A stretch of DNA of 64,000 nucleotides from Candidatus Sumerlaeaceae bacterium (GTDB lineage Bacteria; Sumerlaeota; Sumerlaeia; Sumerlaeales; Sumerlaeaceae): contig JBMFRB010000003.1 in assembly GCA_049968255.1 (NCBI GenBank), forward strand, positions 288,998-352,997, given 5' to 3'. A model generated the notes under the pieces. It searched no databases, was not told the origin of the DNA, and saw only the letters and a list, made by a program, of their open reading frames with translations. The translations under genes were made by a program, and so were the position numbers. Below are positions 39,344 to 49,224 of this stretch, piece after piece (within the stretch, counting starts at the first letter, position 1; the number at the start of each line of letters is the position of its first letter).

Positions 39344-40726
39344 ATGAAAGTTGTCGTATTCGGATGCGGACCAATGCCGTGCGAGCCAGAATTTGCCGTT
39401 ACCGCCCCAGGGGCGCGCACCTGGCAAATGGTGCAAACGGTTGTCAACGGCCTCATCCTGGCCGATGTGCCTGACCCGCAAGTTCTGGTCATCGCGCTCG
39501 ATTCCGTGCGCCGCGACACAGCGAATGCCCCCCTTAGCTTTGACCTGGCTTTGGACGCCGCGTTGCTTCACGAAACCGAGGCGCCTGCCACGGTCCAGTT
39601 CACTTATCTGCCACTTTCCATTGAGGGATTCAAGCTGATGGGGCAAGGCAAATGGCCGGAAATTCTGAACGATACGCCGGATGCTATCGTGGCAACTGGC
39701 TCGGCTCAGCCCTATGCCACCGCTGCCCTTTACGCTCGACACGTTGCACGCCCGCTGTGGGTGGACGTCTTCGGCGACCCTCTTGCCGAGCTGCAAAGCC
39801 GCGCGGAGCTTTTTCCTGAGCGCAAGGAGGAAAATGACTCGTTTTATTATCACACCTGGAAGCTGCTCATGGAAGCGCTCATGCAGGGCGATATCTTCTC
39901 GACACTCAGCACGCGCCAGCGATTCTCGCTGATCGGCCATCTCGGCGTGGCGGGTCGGCTCAACCGCTCCACCCGATGCTACGAGTTCGTGCATCCCATC
40001 CCTTACGGCGTGTTTCCCGCCTCCGCTCCGCAAATGCCAGAGCCGCACGACCACGCCTTCTTTGTCGTTATGTGGTGCGGAAGTTTCAACACGTGGATGG
40101 ATGTTGACACATTGGCCCTCGGCATCGTCAAAGCTTGGCAGAAGAACCGGCGATTACGCCTGCTCATCGCAGGCGGAGCATGCCCCGGCTATAACGAGCG
40201 GTCGTTCCAGCGCTTTTCCGAACTTATCCGGCGCGAGAACGCCAGCGAGGCCATCCGTTTGGTCGATTGGCAGCCCTATGGTGAACTCAATAAGCTCTAT
40301 GCCGAAGCCGATGTGGGGCTGAGCATCGATCGCCCCACCTACGAAGCCATGCTTGGTAGCCGCACACGCCTTATTCACTTTCTGCTTGCCGGCAAGCCAG
40401 TTATTTCCACTACGCCGACCGAGCTTGCCGAAGACCTTGAGCGTGCCGGTGTTTTGCTGCCCTTCCGCATGGGCGATCCAGATCACCTGGCAGAGGTGCT
40501 CCTCGCTGCAGGCGAACGCAGCGCCGAGCTTTGCGAACTTGGCCGTCGTGGGCGAGAGTACGTCCTCACGCGCTACCATGGACGAATCATCGGTGCTGCG
40601 CTTATCGAGTGGCTTGCAAATCCCACTTATGCGCCCGACAAACGCGGGCCACACTCCACACTCGACCCAGGAAATCCCCTCGCGAATTATTGGCAGCATT
40701 CGCTCGATAACGTCCGAACTTTTTGA
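39344..40726 (+). CDS. GT-B (GT4-like) glycosyltransferase
   Basis: APGARTW, MWCGSFNTWMD, ADVGLS, RTRL..LLAGKPVIST. Confidence 0.75.
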   Translation: MKVVVFGCGPMPCEPEFAVTAPGARTWQMVQTVVNGLILADVPDPQVLVIALDSVRRDTANAPLSFDLALDAALLHETEAPATVQFTYLPLSIEGFKLMGQGKWPEILNDTPDAIVATGSAQPYATAALYARHVARPLWVDVFGDPLAELQSRAELFPERKEENDSFYYHTWKLLMEALMQGDIFSTLSTRQRFSLIGHLGVAGRLNRSTRCYEFVHPIPYGVFPASAPQMPEPHDHAFFVVMWCGSFNTWMDVDTLALGIVKAWQKNRRLRLLIAGGACPGYNERSFQRFSELIRRENASEAIRLVDWQPYGELNKLYAEADVGLSIDRPTYEAMLGSRTRLIHFLLAGKPVISTTPTELAEDLERAGVLLPFRMGDPDHLAEVLLAAGERSAELCELGRRGREYVLTRYHGRIIGAALIEWLANPTYAPDKRGPHSTLDPGNPLANYWQHSLDNVRTF

Positions 40727-40816
40727 AAATTGCCGCAGAAAGAAAAAAGTGCTTCACAAGAGGCCATTCGCCGTAGCCAATGACCAGCTGTACGATATCG
40801 AGTCAGCGAGGTGACC

Positions 40817-42307
40817 ATGACGTCGGCTGAACTTTTGGCAAAAATTGAAGCGCTTGTGAACGCTGAGCAAGACCGCGCCGTCGAGGCGCTGCGTGAGCTG
40901 TTGAGGTTCCGCACTGTGAGCGGCGAAAGCGAACCGCAGGCAAAGCAGCAGACCGAGCTGGAAATCCAGCGCTGCCTAGACTATTTAGGCAGACTCGCTG
41001 GCGAGATGGGATTTGTCTGGCGTAACCACGACAATAAGGTCGCGGTCGCCGAGCTTTCGTGTGACGGCGAGTTTGTTGGTCTGCCCGTGCACATCGATGT
41101 TGTGCCTGCTGGCGACGGCTGGACACACGATCCTTTCGGGGGCGAGCTTTTCGATGGCGTCATTTACGGTCGCGGCACGCAGGATGATAAGGGCCCCGTC
41201 ATCCAAATGCTCTGGGCCATGAAAATCCTCACGAAGCTCGGCGTCCCATTGCGGCGCGGCGTGCGCCTCATTGTCGGCACGACCGAGGAGTTCGGGGATT
41301 GGACCGACATGGCCCACTATTTCAGTCGCGAACCGATGCCGGCCATGTCCATCGTACCCGACGCAGATTTCCCGATCGTCAACGGCGAAAAAGGCGTGCT
41401 CAATGCCGAGGTGCGCCTCAGCCTTCCGCTCGAAGAAGTGACCGAAGCGGGCGAGCTCAGGCTTGTCCGCGTGGAAGGCGGCCGACGTGCCAACATGGTG
41501 CCAGACTATGCCGAAGCCGTGTTTGCCAAAGGTCCCCAGGCTCCAGTGGATGAGCTCCGCGGCGAGCTGCAGCGCTTCCTGGCAACTGAGCCCAACGCTC
41601 GAGCCGAAATTGCGGACGAGGAAGGCGCCACGCATTTGCGCGTCATTTTCCGCGGGCGAAGTGCTCATGGCAGCCGCCCTGAACTGGGGCACAACGCCGT
41701 CCTTGATTTGCTGCACTTCCTCAGCCAAAGTGCCTTTGCTTCGGACGACGAAGCCGATGCTGCTCAGTTTATTTTCGGAGCTAGCAGCGATATCTACGGC
41801 AAGACGCTTGGCATCGATTCCGAGCATCCCTTTGTCGGGCGCACCACGGTCTCGCTTGGAATTTTTCGTTGGGATCAGGACGGCATTTATGCTGTTCTGA
41901 ACATTCGTCCCACGTTCGGCATGCCGGTGGCAAAAGTTTTGGAAAGCGTGAGTGCCACGGTCAATGAATTCGCCACGGAACTGGGCGTTGCCTGCCAAGT
42001 CAGTTCGTTGGCCCGCGAACCGTTCGATGCGATTTATGTGGACGAAGCGTCCGCCCCCGAGCTCATCGCTGCGCTGCGCGAATCTTACACCGTCGTGACT
42101 GGACGTCAATTCGAGTTCCGTTCGATGGGGGGAACGACCTACGCCAAAATTTTTCAGAGAGCAGTCAACTTTGGCCCGACAGATCCGGTCGATGAGCCCG
42201 AGATGGCGCACCAGCCCGATGAGCATGTGCGCGTCGATTGTCACGTACGCAACATCAAGCTTTATGCGTATGCGCTTGCGCGGCTGTGTGCGGTCGGGGC
42301 AGAATAA
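40817..42307 (+). CDS. pepV: M20 dipeptidase (PepV/Sapep family)
   Basis: HIDVVP, GRGTQDDKGP, TEE, PDADFP..GEKG, GGTTYA, AHQPDE. Confidence 0.88.
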   Translation: MTSAELLAKIEALVNAEQDRAVEALRELLRFRTVSGESEPQAKQQTELEIQRCLDYLGRLAGEMGFVWRNHDNKVAVAELSCDGEFVGLPVHIDVVPAGDGWTHDPFGGELFDGVIYGRGTQDDKGPVIQMLWAMKILTKLGVPLRRGVRLIVGTTEEFGDWTDMAHYFSREPMPAMSIVPDADFPIVNGEKGVLNAEVRLSLPLEEVTEAGELRLVRVEGGRRANMVPDYAEAVFAKGPQAPVDELRGELQRFLATEPNARAEIADEEGATHLRVIFRGRSAHGSRPELGHNAVLDLLHFLSQSAFASDDEADAAQFIFGASSDIYGKTLGIDSEHPFVGRTTVSLGIFRWDQDGIYAVLNIRPTFGMPVAKVLESVSATVNEFATELGVACQVSSLAREPFDAIYVDEASAPELIAALRESYTVVTGRQFEFRSMGGTTYAKIFQRAVNFGPTDPVDEPEMAHQPDEHVRVDCHVRNIKLYAYALARLCAVGAE

Positions 42308-42348
42308 GCTTAGCAAAATTCTGCCCGACGAAGAGGAAAACGAATCCC

Positions 42349-43290
42349 ATGAAGGCGCCGCAGTGGTGGAAATCTCTGAAACGCCACCGCAATGCGTACC
42401 TGTTCATTGCACCTTTTTATGTCCTGTTTCTCGTCTTCATGGTTTTTCCTATCGCTTTTTCGTTCTGGCTAAGTTTCCATAAGTGGAACGGCATCATGCC
42501 TGCCGTTTACGTCGGGTGGGCCAACTATGCGTGGCTGTTTCGCGATCACCTGTTTTGGCGCGCCCTTGCAAACACCTTCGTTTTCAGCCTTTTCACCGTT
42601 GTTGTGTCGTCGGCTATGGCCATCACTCTTGCCGTGTTTCTCAATGCCGTGCACCTATTTCGCCACTTTTTTCGGGGCGTCTACTTCCTGCCGGCGATAG
42701 TCTCGCTCGTTGTGATTTCGCTCGTGTGGAAGCTCATTCTCAACAGCGAGGTTGGGCTCATCGTCGAAATGATCCATCGCGCTGGGGCGTGGTGGGCAAG
42801 CCTCACTGGATCAGTGCCTGCGTGGGTGCAGAAAACCTATCGCTTTTTGGATCACCCGAATCCGTGGGTTCCACTGCTGACCATCGCGTTCGTCAACGTT
42901 TGGGGTGTCGTCGGCTACAACACAGTCATCTACCTCGCTGCCCTTCAGAGCATCCCGCTCAATCTCTATGAAGCCTGCCGCATCGACGGCGCCAGCGCCA
43001 TTCAGCGATTCTTTTTCATTACACTGCCTTTGCTGCGCCCCACGATTTATTTTGTGGTGCTCATTACGACCATTGATTCGCTTCAGGTCTTTGTGCTACC
43101 GAGCTTGATGACCCCGAACAACGAGGCCACAATTTCGCTCGTTTACTATCTCTTCCGCAATGCATTCGAGTTCTACCGGATGGGCTTTGCGTCGGCCACG
43201 GCCTATGTGCTCTTCGCGCTCACTGCCATCTTGGGGATCATCATTCGCTTGACGTTGGGAAGCGAGACAAAGTGGGCGCCCGAGGAATAG
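42349..43290 (+). CDS. Carbohydrate ABC transporter permease (MalF/UgpA type)
   Basis: EAA loop LYEACRIDGA, ITLPLLRP, GFASA. Confidence 0.9.
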   Translation: MKAPQWWKSLKRHRNAYLFIAPFYVLFLVFMVFPIAFSFWLSFHKWNGIMPAVYVGWANYAWLFRDHLFWRALANTFVFSLFTVVVSSAMAITLAVFLNAVHLFRHFFRGVYFLPAIVSLVVISLVWKLILNSEVGLIVEMIHRAGAWWASLTGSVPAWVQKTYRFLDHPNPWVPLLTIAFVNVWGVVGYNTVIYLAALQSIPLNLYEACRIDGASAIQRFFFITLPLLRPTIYFVVLITTIDSLQVFVLPSLMTPNNEATISLVYYLFRNAFEFYRMGFASATAYVLFALTAILGIIIRLTLGSETKWAPEE

Positions 43291-43388
43291 AGGTGCAGCT
43301 CTTTTTGGCCTGAGCCGCACCGATGCAACTCTTTGCGCAGCTACGGCCTTTCGAAGCCATCTTGGTCGCGCAGCGCCGACTTATGGCA

Positions 43389-43745
43389 CTAGCCCGGGCT
43401 CTCTTTGCTCTTAGCGCGGCTATTCTCCAAATAGAAGACGAGGTTATGGCAGCCAAGCCCGTAGAAAACGCTAAGCCGCCCGCTTACGCCCTCGATCTCA
43501 AACGTGGTCTCTACATTTCCCTTTTCGTTCATGAACTGTTGCTCGGAGGGTGTGAGCAGCTTTTCCACCATTGCGGCGGTCTCGTGGAACGTCAGAGGGC
43601 GTGAATCGACAGGGGGCTGCAGCTCGCGGCCGATGCGCATCACCGGAGGTTTGCCCACAAGATACAACACAGTCGAGGCGCCGCACTGGGCGGCTAGGCG
43701 CAAAACTTCCGCAAGGCTCATGCGTTGGCTCGCTGCTTCGCTCAT
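43389..43745 (-). CDS. Stand-alone PilT/PilU N-terminal domain protein
   Basis: GAS..L.VGKPPVMR...PLT...LLT..Q..F...G.VE..FEI.G..R aligns by eye with PilT residues ~1-100. No Walker A. Confidence 0.7.
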   Translation of the reverse strand: MSEAASQRMSLAEVLRLAAQCGASTVLYLVGKPPVMRIGRELQPPVDSRPLTFHETAAMVEKLLTPSEQQFMNEKGNVETTFEIEGVSGRLSVFYGLGCHNLVFYLENSRAKSKESPG

Positions 43746-44144
43746 GGTTCTCGGCGCTCGTGAAGTCGTGCGCTGAGTATAAACAGCAAAAGCGCGGGAC
43801 GTGTGTGACTCAGGCCTGAATGACCCAAGCTAAGCCCACACGGACCGAGGACAATCGTCCGTTTGCCGGTCGCGGTGAAGCCGGATAGTAATTGCTGCCC
43901 GATCCACCATCGTCCCGCGCATAAAGTTTTTACATCCACGCAGCCGCTTCAATCGCTTGAAAAATGTCTTCAGGGCCGCATCCGGCGAAATCTTCGTTTT
44001 TTTCATTGCGCAGTTTTTGTCACGCGACTGTAAAAAGACATGTTCGGCTTTCAATAACCCGAGGGCAAGCACCCTTTCTCGTGTAAGGCCAAGCAAGACT
44101 CTCGATAAAGCCGAACATCATCTCACGACGTGAGGGTTGGCAAC

Positions 44145-45419
44145 GTGGCCGTCTTAACGAGTCGCGAACACCGATTGTCGGCGCGTGCGCGCCGCACAAA
44201 AGAACCACAAATCTCTTGGCTTCTCAAAAAACCTTTGGAGAACCCAAGCATCATTTCCCTAGCAGCGGGACTGGTGGATCAACAAACCTTGCCAGCGCAG
44301 ATCATTCATCGGCTCGTCACCGAGCTTTTCGCCGATGAGGATGCTGCTAAGCGTGCTCTGCAGTATGGCACCACCGAAGGCGAAGCCAACCTCCGTAAGC
44401 TGCTTGCAGCCCGGTTAGCAAGCGCTGGGTTACCGGCCCCTATTGATCCCGAGAACATCGTTCTTACCAATGGTAGCCAGCAGCTGCTATTCTTGGCAAC
44501 GGACGTCCTTGTTGACCCTGGCGATATCGTGCTAGTCGAGGATCCCACCTATTTTGTTTACATGGGCGTTCTTGATGCTGTGGGAGCACGCACGATCGGC
44601 ATTACGACCGACGACGAGGGCATCATCCCCGAGGCGCTTGAAGAAACCCTTCAGCGGCTTGCCGCCACGGGGGAGCTGCCCCGCGTCAAGATCCTCTATG
44701 TGATGACCTACTTCCAAAACCCAAAAGGGTCCAGTCACTCTCGGAGGCGGCGCGAGCAGATCTATGAAATCATCGAGCGCTTTAGCTCCGAGGAACATTT
44801 CATCTATATCATCGAGGATGCTGCCTATTATGAACTGAAATTCGAAGGCGAGGATGTGCCATTCCTCAAGACCCTCGATGCTCAGAACGAGCGCGTGCTT
44901 TTGGCCATGACCTTCTCGAAGGCCTTCGCTCCCGGATTGCGCTTGGGCTACGGCTACCTGCCGACCGAGCTAACGCCGCACATTCTCAACCAGAAGGGCA
45001 ACCACGATTTCGGCAGTAGCAATCTGGCCCAGAATCTCGTTTATCATGCACTCAAAACCGGTGTTTTCGACAGCCACAGTGCAATGCTCCGCGAACGCTA
45101 TCGACGCAAGCGCGATATCATGCTCGACGTCCTGCGTACGAAATTCCCGCCCGAGGTCAAATTCCTCGAACCAAAAGGTGGCCTCTACGTTTGGGTGACG
45201 TTACCGGAAGGAGTCTCAACGGCGCCCGGGAGCCGTTTCTTCGAGGAGGCGCTCGCACGGCAAGTTATCTACGTCCCAGGGTGCTATTGCTACGCCCAGG
45301 AAGAAGGGCGCACGAAGCCAGAAAATCAACTTCGCCTTTGCTACGCCTACATCGAGGAGCAGCCCATGCGGGAAGGGCTTCAGCGTCTCGCAGCGGCGTG
45401 CAAGGCCGCCCTTGGTTAG
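44145..45419 (+). CDS. PLP-dependent class I aminotransferase (LysN/ARO8-like)
   Basis: ALQYGTTEG, TNGSQQ, FQNPKG, IEDAAY, TFSKAFAPGLRLG, GGLYVW. Confidence 0.9.
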   Translation: MAVLTSREHRLSARARRTKEPQISWLLKKPLENPSIISLAAGLVDQQTLPAQIIHRLVTELFADEDAAKRALQYGTTEGEANLRKLLAARLASAGLPAPIDPENIVLTNGSQQLLFLATDVLVDPGDIVLVEDPTYFVYMGVLDAVGARTIGITTDDEGIIPEALEETLQRLAATGELPRVKILYVMTYFQNPKGSSHSRRRREQIYEIIERFSSEEHFIYIIEDAAYYELKFEGEDVPFLKTLDAQNERVLLAMTFSKAFAPGLRLGYGYLPTELTPHILNQKGNHDFGSSNLAQNLVYHALKTGVFDSHSAMLRERYRRKRDIMLDVLRTKFPPEVKFLEPKGGLYVWVTLPEGVSTAPGSRFFEEALARQVIYVPGCYCYAQEEGRTKPENQLRLCYAYIEEQPMREGLQRLAAACKAALG

Positions 45420-45477
45420 TGAGCCCCAGCGCGGGGCATTCAGCGGTGAGCGCGGCCATTGAATCTTTGATGACGCG

Positions 45478-46269
45478 ATGGCTAAGGACGCGGCGATGAT
45501 AAAATGTCTACTTTCTCGCAAAAGCTTGCAAATCGTGATTCCACTGCGACGCTTTCGCCTGAGGACAGTGTTTAGCTTGTTTGCATTTTGCTCCACGCTG
45601 CCCCTGGCTGCAGCTCCGACCACGGCATCGCTGTGGGGGAGAGTGAGTTATTTGGGCCAGCGGCCGCAACTGGAGCTTATCGAGATGCGGGGCGACTCCT
45701 ACTGCTCTGCCCGTCAGCGCGAAGCTCGTCATTCGCGCCAAGACTTGCTCGTCAACGAACAGGGTGGGGTGGCCAATGCGCTGGTGTACGTCAAGGACGG
45801 TCCAATTGTCCGTCGCGCAGATCCGCAGCGCAAAATGGTTGAGCTTGCTATGCGCGACTGCCTATTTTTCCCTCGAGTTCTTGGCGTGCAATGTGGCCAG
45901 AAAATCGCTCTTCGCAACGATGATCGCACGCTCCACACGGTGTATGCCCGGGCCAAGGCGAATCCCAAATTCATCCATCCGTTGCGCGGCCCCGACGATC
46001 CACCGTTTGAATTTTCGTTCAGTGCACCAGAGTTGCCGGTCTACTTGCGCTGCGATGTTCAGCCCTGGATGATTGCCTACGTTGGCGTTTTCGATCACCC
46101 CTACTTTTCCGTCACCGCTATTGATGGGACATTCGAGCTCGTGAACTTGCCGCCTGGGAACTATACCATTGGCGTATGGCATGAAAAATTAGGGACGCTG
46201 ACGGAACACATCGAGCTAAAGGCTGGCGAGCGACGCGCCTTAGAGCTGCATTTCGCTGGCACGCGCTAA
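45478..46269 (+). CDS. Exported carboxypeptidase-regulatory-like/cupredoxin-like domain protein
   Basis: ANALVYV, CLFFPRV, NDD..LHTV, LRCDVQPWM, HPYFSVT..DGTF, YTIGVWHE. Start uncertain. Confidence 0.75.
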   Translation: MAKDAAMIKCLLSRKSLQIVIPLRRFRLRTVFSLFAFCSTLPLAAAPTTASLWGRVSYLGQRPQLELIEMRGDSYCSARQREARHSRQDLLVNEQGGVANALVYVKDGPIVRRADPQRKMVELAMRDCLFFPRVLGVQCGQKIALRNDDRTLHTVYARAKANPKFIHPLRGPDDPPFEFSFSAPELPVYLRCDVQPWMIAYVGVFDHPYFSVTAIDGTFELVNLPPGNYTIGVWHEKLGTLTEHIELKAGERRALELHFAGTR

Positions 46270-46278
46270 TTTGTGTGC

Positions 46279-47718
46279 TCACAGTCCCCCATTGTCGCTG
46301 CGGTGCGGCAAACGAATGCCCAGACGCTCGAATTTTTCATAAAGATGACGACGCGACAAACCGCTGAGCCGTGCCGCTTCGGACACGTTTCCGCCCGTAG
46401 CCTCAATGAGATGATGCAAGTAAGCCCGCTCGAATTCCTCCCGCGCCTTGCGATAATCAAGAGCCGCAAACGGCAGAGTCTGCCCACTCTTTGCTCCATG
46501 TGCCACGGAGGGCGTGTTGCGAACGTCGCTGGGGAGATCGGCTAAAGCGATTTCGTCACCGTCGCCCAAAATGAGCAGCCGTTCGATTAGATTCTCCAAT
46601 TCGCGCACATTCCCCGGAAACGGATATTTCTTCAGTGCATCTAGTGCCGCGGGGGAAAACCGCGGCACGGACCGATTCAGTTTGCGCGCTGCTTTTGCAG
46701 CGAAATGCGCCACCAGCAAAGGGATGTCACCAATGCGCTCGCGTAGCGGCGGCAGATGCAACGAGATCACATTGAGCCGATAATACAAGTCTTGCCGGAA
46801 GACCCGGTCGCGAATCGCGGCTTCGAGATCGCGATTTGTGGCGGCAATCAGCCGTACATCTACCTTGATGGGGCGCAGGCCACCCACGCGCTGCACTTCT
46901 TTTTCCTGGAGCATACGCAGAACCTTTGCCTGCAGCGGCATGGGAAGATCGCCGATTTCGTCCAGAAATAGCGTGCCCCCATTGGCCACTTCTACGAGTC
47001 CCATTTTAGGACGGTCAGCCCCCGTAAATGCCCCCTTTTCGTATCCGAACAACTCACTCTCCAAAAGAGTTTCGGGGATCGAGGCACAATTGATCGCCAC
47101 AAAGGGAGCGTCGGCACGCCGCGAATGCCGATGAATGGCGCGCGCCACAAGCTCCTTGCCCGTGCCGCTTTCCCCACGCAAGAGCACCGCCGCATCGGTG
47201 GGAGCAATTTTGGCAATAAGAGCACGCAGTTCGCACATCGGTGCGCTCTCACCCACAAGCTCCGCAGGCTCAAACGGCCGCGCCAGTGTGCGCGTGAGGG
47301 CCTCATTTTTCTCCCGCAAACGCGTTCGTTCCGCCGCACGCTCCACAATGAGCAGCAGCTCCTCGAGCTTGAACGGTTTGGTAATGTAATCGTACGCGCC
47401 CTCCCGCATCGCCTCGATTGCGCTTTCGATGGTGCCGTAGGCCGTCATCAGAATAACGTTCGTTGCTGGGCTCAAACGACGCACCGCCCGCAGCAGGTCC
47501 ATGCCACTGAGCTCCGGCATTTTCAGGTCAGAGATGACGATGTCGGTAGGCGAATTCTGGAGCCAAGAAAGTGCTTCGTTGGGGCGCGTAAATGTTTGGA
47601 CACTGTAGCCTTCCTGCGTCAGAACCTTGCGCAGGATCGTGCACATCCCTTCTTCGTCGTCCACGACGAGAATCTGTGCTCCTCGCGTTCTCTCTGGTTG
47701 CTCGTGGGGCGTAATCAT
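46279..47718 (-). CDS. Sigma-54-dependent response regulator (NtrC/AtoC family)
   Basis: REC domain (VVDD, DLKMP), GESGTGKE, GAFTGA, FLDEIG, Fis-type HTH. Confidence 0.95.
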   Translation of the reverse strand: MITPHEQPERTRGAQILVVDDEEGMCTILRKVLTQEGYSVQTFTRPNEALSWLQNSPTDIVISDLKMPELSGMDLLRAVRRLSPATNVILMTAYGTIESAIEAMREGAYDYITKPFKLEELLLIVERAAERTRLREKNEALTRTLARPFEPAELVGESAPMCELRALIAKIAPTDAAVLLRGESGTGKELVARAIHRHSRRADAPFVAINCASIPETLLESELFGYEKGAFTGADRPKMGLVEVANGGTLFLDEIGDLPMPLQAKVLRMLQEKEVQRVGGLRPIKVDVRLIAATNRDLEAAIRDRVFRQDLYYRLNVISLHLPPLRERIGDIPLLVAHFAAKAARKLNRSVPRFSPAALDALKKYPFPGNVRELENLIERLLILGDGDEIALADLPSDVRNTPSVAHGAKSGQTLPFAALDYRKAREEFERAYLHHLIEATGGNVSEAARLSGLSRRHLYEKFERLGIRLPHRSDNGGL

Positions 47719-47770
47719 CGAGCATTCACTATCCCGTGCTGACCAGATCGCGTCAAGGCCGGCTTCGCGC

Positions 47771-48421
47771 TCAAAGGCCTAGGTCCTTGTGAATCATTGG
47801 CACGAATCTCACAGGCCCCAAGCGCCGATGCACATAGCGCCCCGGTTCCTCATGCGTGATTTGCAAGAGTTCCTGCACATCCCCACCGACAGGCACCACC
47901 ATGATTCCGCCCACTTCGAGTTGATCGAGCAGAGTTTCAGGAACATGCTCGGGCGCCGCCGTCACAATGATTTTGTCGAACGGCGCTTTTTCGGGCAGGC
48001 CGAGCCAGCCGTCGCGTACCAGAATGTGCACATTGCGCAGCCCCAGCTGATCGAGGCGGTGGCGAGCCGCTTGCGCAAGCTCCGGCACAATTTCCAGCGA
48101 CCACACCTCTTTGACGAGATGCGCGAGGATGGCCGTCTGATAGCCAGTGCCACAGCCCACCTCGAGCACGCGGTCCGTAGGTGCGGGATGCAGCTCCTGG
48201 GTCATGAGCGCCACAATGTAGGGTTGCGAAATGGTCTGGCCGTGTCCCACGGGCAGCGGCCCATCCGTGTAGGCCTGGTGACGCAACTCCGGCGGCACGA
48301 AGAGTGCACGGTCCACTTGCCGCATCGCATTGATCACGAACATATCCGTGATCCCACGCGGCACAATCTGTGTCTCAATCATCTCATCGTTTGTCAGCGC
48401 TGTGCCCCATTGCACGTCCAT
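47771..48421 (-). CDS. pcm: Protein-L-isoaspartate O-methyltransferase
   Basis: GQTISQPYIVA, LEVGCGTGYQTA, APFDKIIVTAA, VRFVPM. Confidence 0.95.
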   Translation of the reverse strand: MDVQWGTALTNDEMIETQIVPRGITDMFVINAMRQVDRALFVPPELRHQAYTDGPLPVGHGQTISQPYIVALMTQELHPAPTDRVLEVGCGTGYQTAILAHLVKEVWSLEIVPELAQAARHRLDQLGLRNVHILVRDGWLGLPEKAPFDKIIVTAAPEHVPETLLDQLEVGGIMVVPVGGDVQELLQITHEEPGRYVHRRLGPVRFVPMIHKDLGL

Positions 48422-48616
48422 GCCCCTACTTTACACCATCTGTCCTCTCTTTTGCCAAATGGAAACGTGAGGCCTCGAGACGGCTCCTCCTGCCGGGCTT
48501 GCACCGAAAATTCGGCCATCACCGCAGAGAGGTGCGAAACAGAGTGTTCGATTTGTGCGATGCCTCTCCCGAAGAACATCTTCGTGACGCTTGCTGGGGC
48601 ACAAACGGGGGCGGCG

Positions 48617-49162
48617 TTAGAACTCTATCCCTCGCCGAGCCGCAACACCTTGGTAAAAATAGTGCTTTACAAGCTGGACCTCCGACACCAGGTCCGCAGC
48701 CTCGATGAGTTCCGGAAAAGCCCCACGGCCCGTAAGAACAAGATCGCACGTCGGATGTGCGCGGAACTCTTTTACCAGACTCATCAGTTCTCCTGGTGCC
48801 AGCAGTTTTGTGGCCACGCACGTGATTGCCTCATCGCAAACCACAAGGAAATAGCGCCCCGAGTTGATCAGCTCGATGGCTTTGCGAAGCCCAGCCTGTG
48901 CCTGCTCGAAATCCCCGGCTTCGTTTTGAAAGCGAAACCGGCCGTCGGACATCATGCGCTCAAGCCCGTAAAAATAAAGCTCGATGTTGGGAATCTGACG
49001 CAAGATTGCCCGCTCGTGATAGTGTTCGTTTTTGCCCTGAAAGCCTTTATCGAACTGAAGAATTGCCACACGTTCGCCAGCACCTGCTGCGCGAATCGAC
49101 AGGCCAATGGCGGCCGTTGTTTTGCCTTTGCCATTGCCGGTGTAGACGTGAAGATATCCCAA
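48617..49162 (-). CDS. cobO: Cob(I)alamin adenosyltransferase (CobO/BtuR family)
   Basis: VYTGNGKGKTTAAIG, QFDKG, DE, VLTGR, ADLVSE, KH, GIEF. Confidence 0.9.
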   Translation of the reverse strand: MGYLHVYTGNGKGKTTAAIGLSIRAAGAGERVAILQFDKGFQGKNEHYHERAILRQIPNIELYFYGLERMMSDGRFRFQNEAGDFEQAQAGLRKAIELINSGRYFLVVCDEAITCVATKLLAPGELMSLVKEFRAHPTCDLVLTGRGAFPELIEAADLVSEVQLVKHYFYQGVAARRGIEF

Positions 49163-49224
49163 AGAGCTGCTCTCTCTTTCGTAATGTTCTTGTTGTAGAG
49201 TACCAGGTCGCGTCTTTGCTCATG

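Noticed and set aside
40985-42316. 443-aa antisense ORF
   Set aside because: Shadow of pepV on the opposite strand; no motifs.
43830-44096. Short basic ORF (MKKTKISPDAALK...)
   Set aside because: Lies in a divergent promoter region with no clear RBS or motif; cannot be supported.
44040-44118. SAM-I riboswitch call from TTATCGAGAG on the minus strand
   Set aside because: Wrong orientation for the aminotransferase and lacks the GCAACC and other core SAM-I motifs; kept only as an unassigned structure.
47789-49198. 469-aa plus-strand ORF
   Set aside because: Antisense to pcm and cobO; no recognisable domain.
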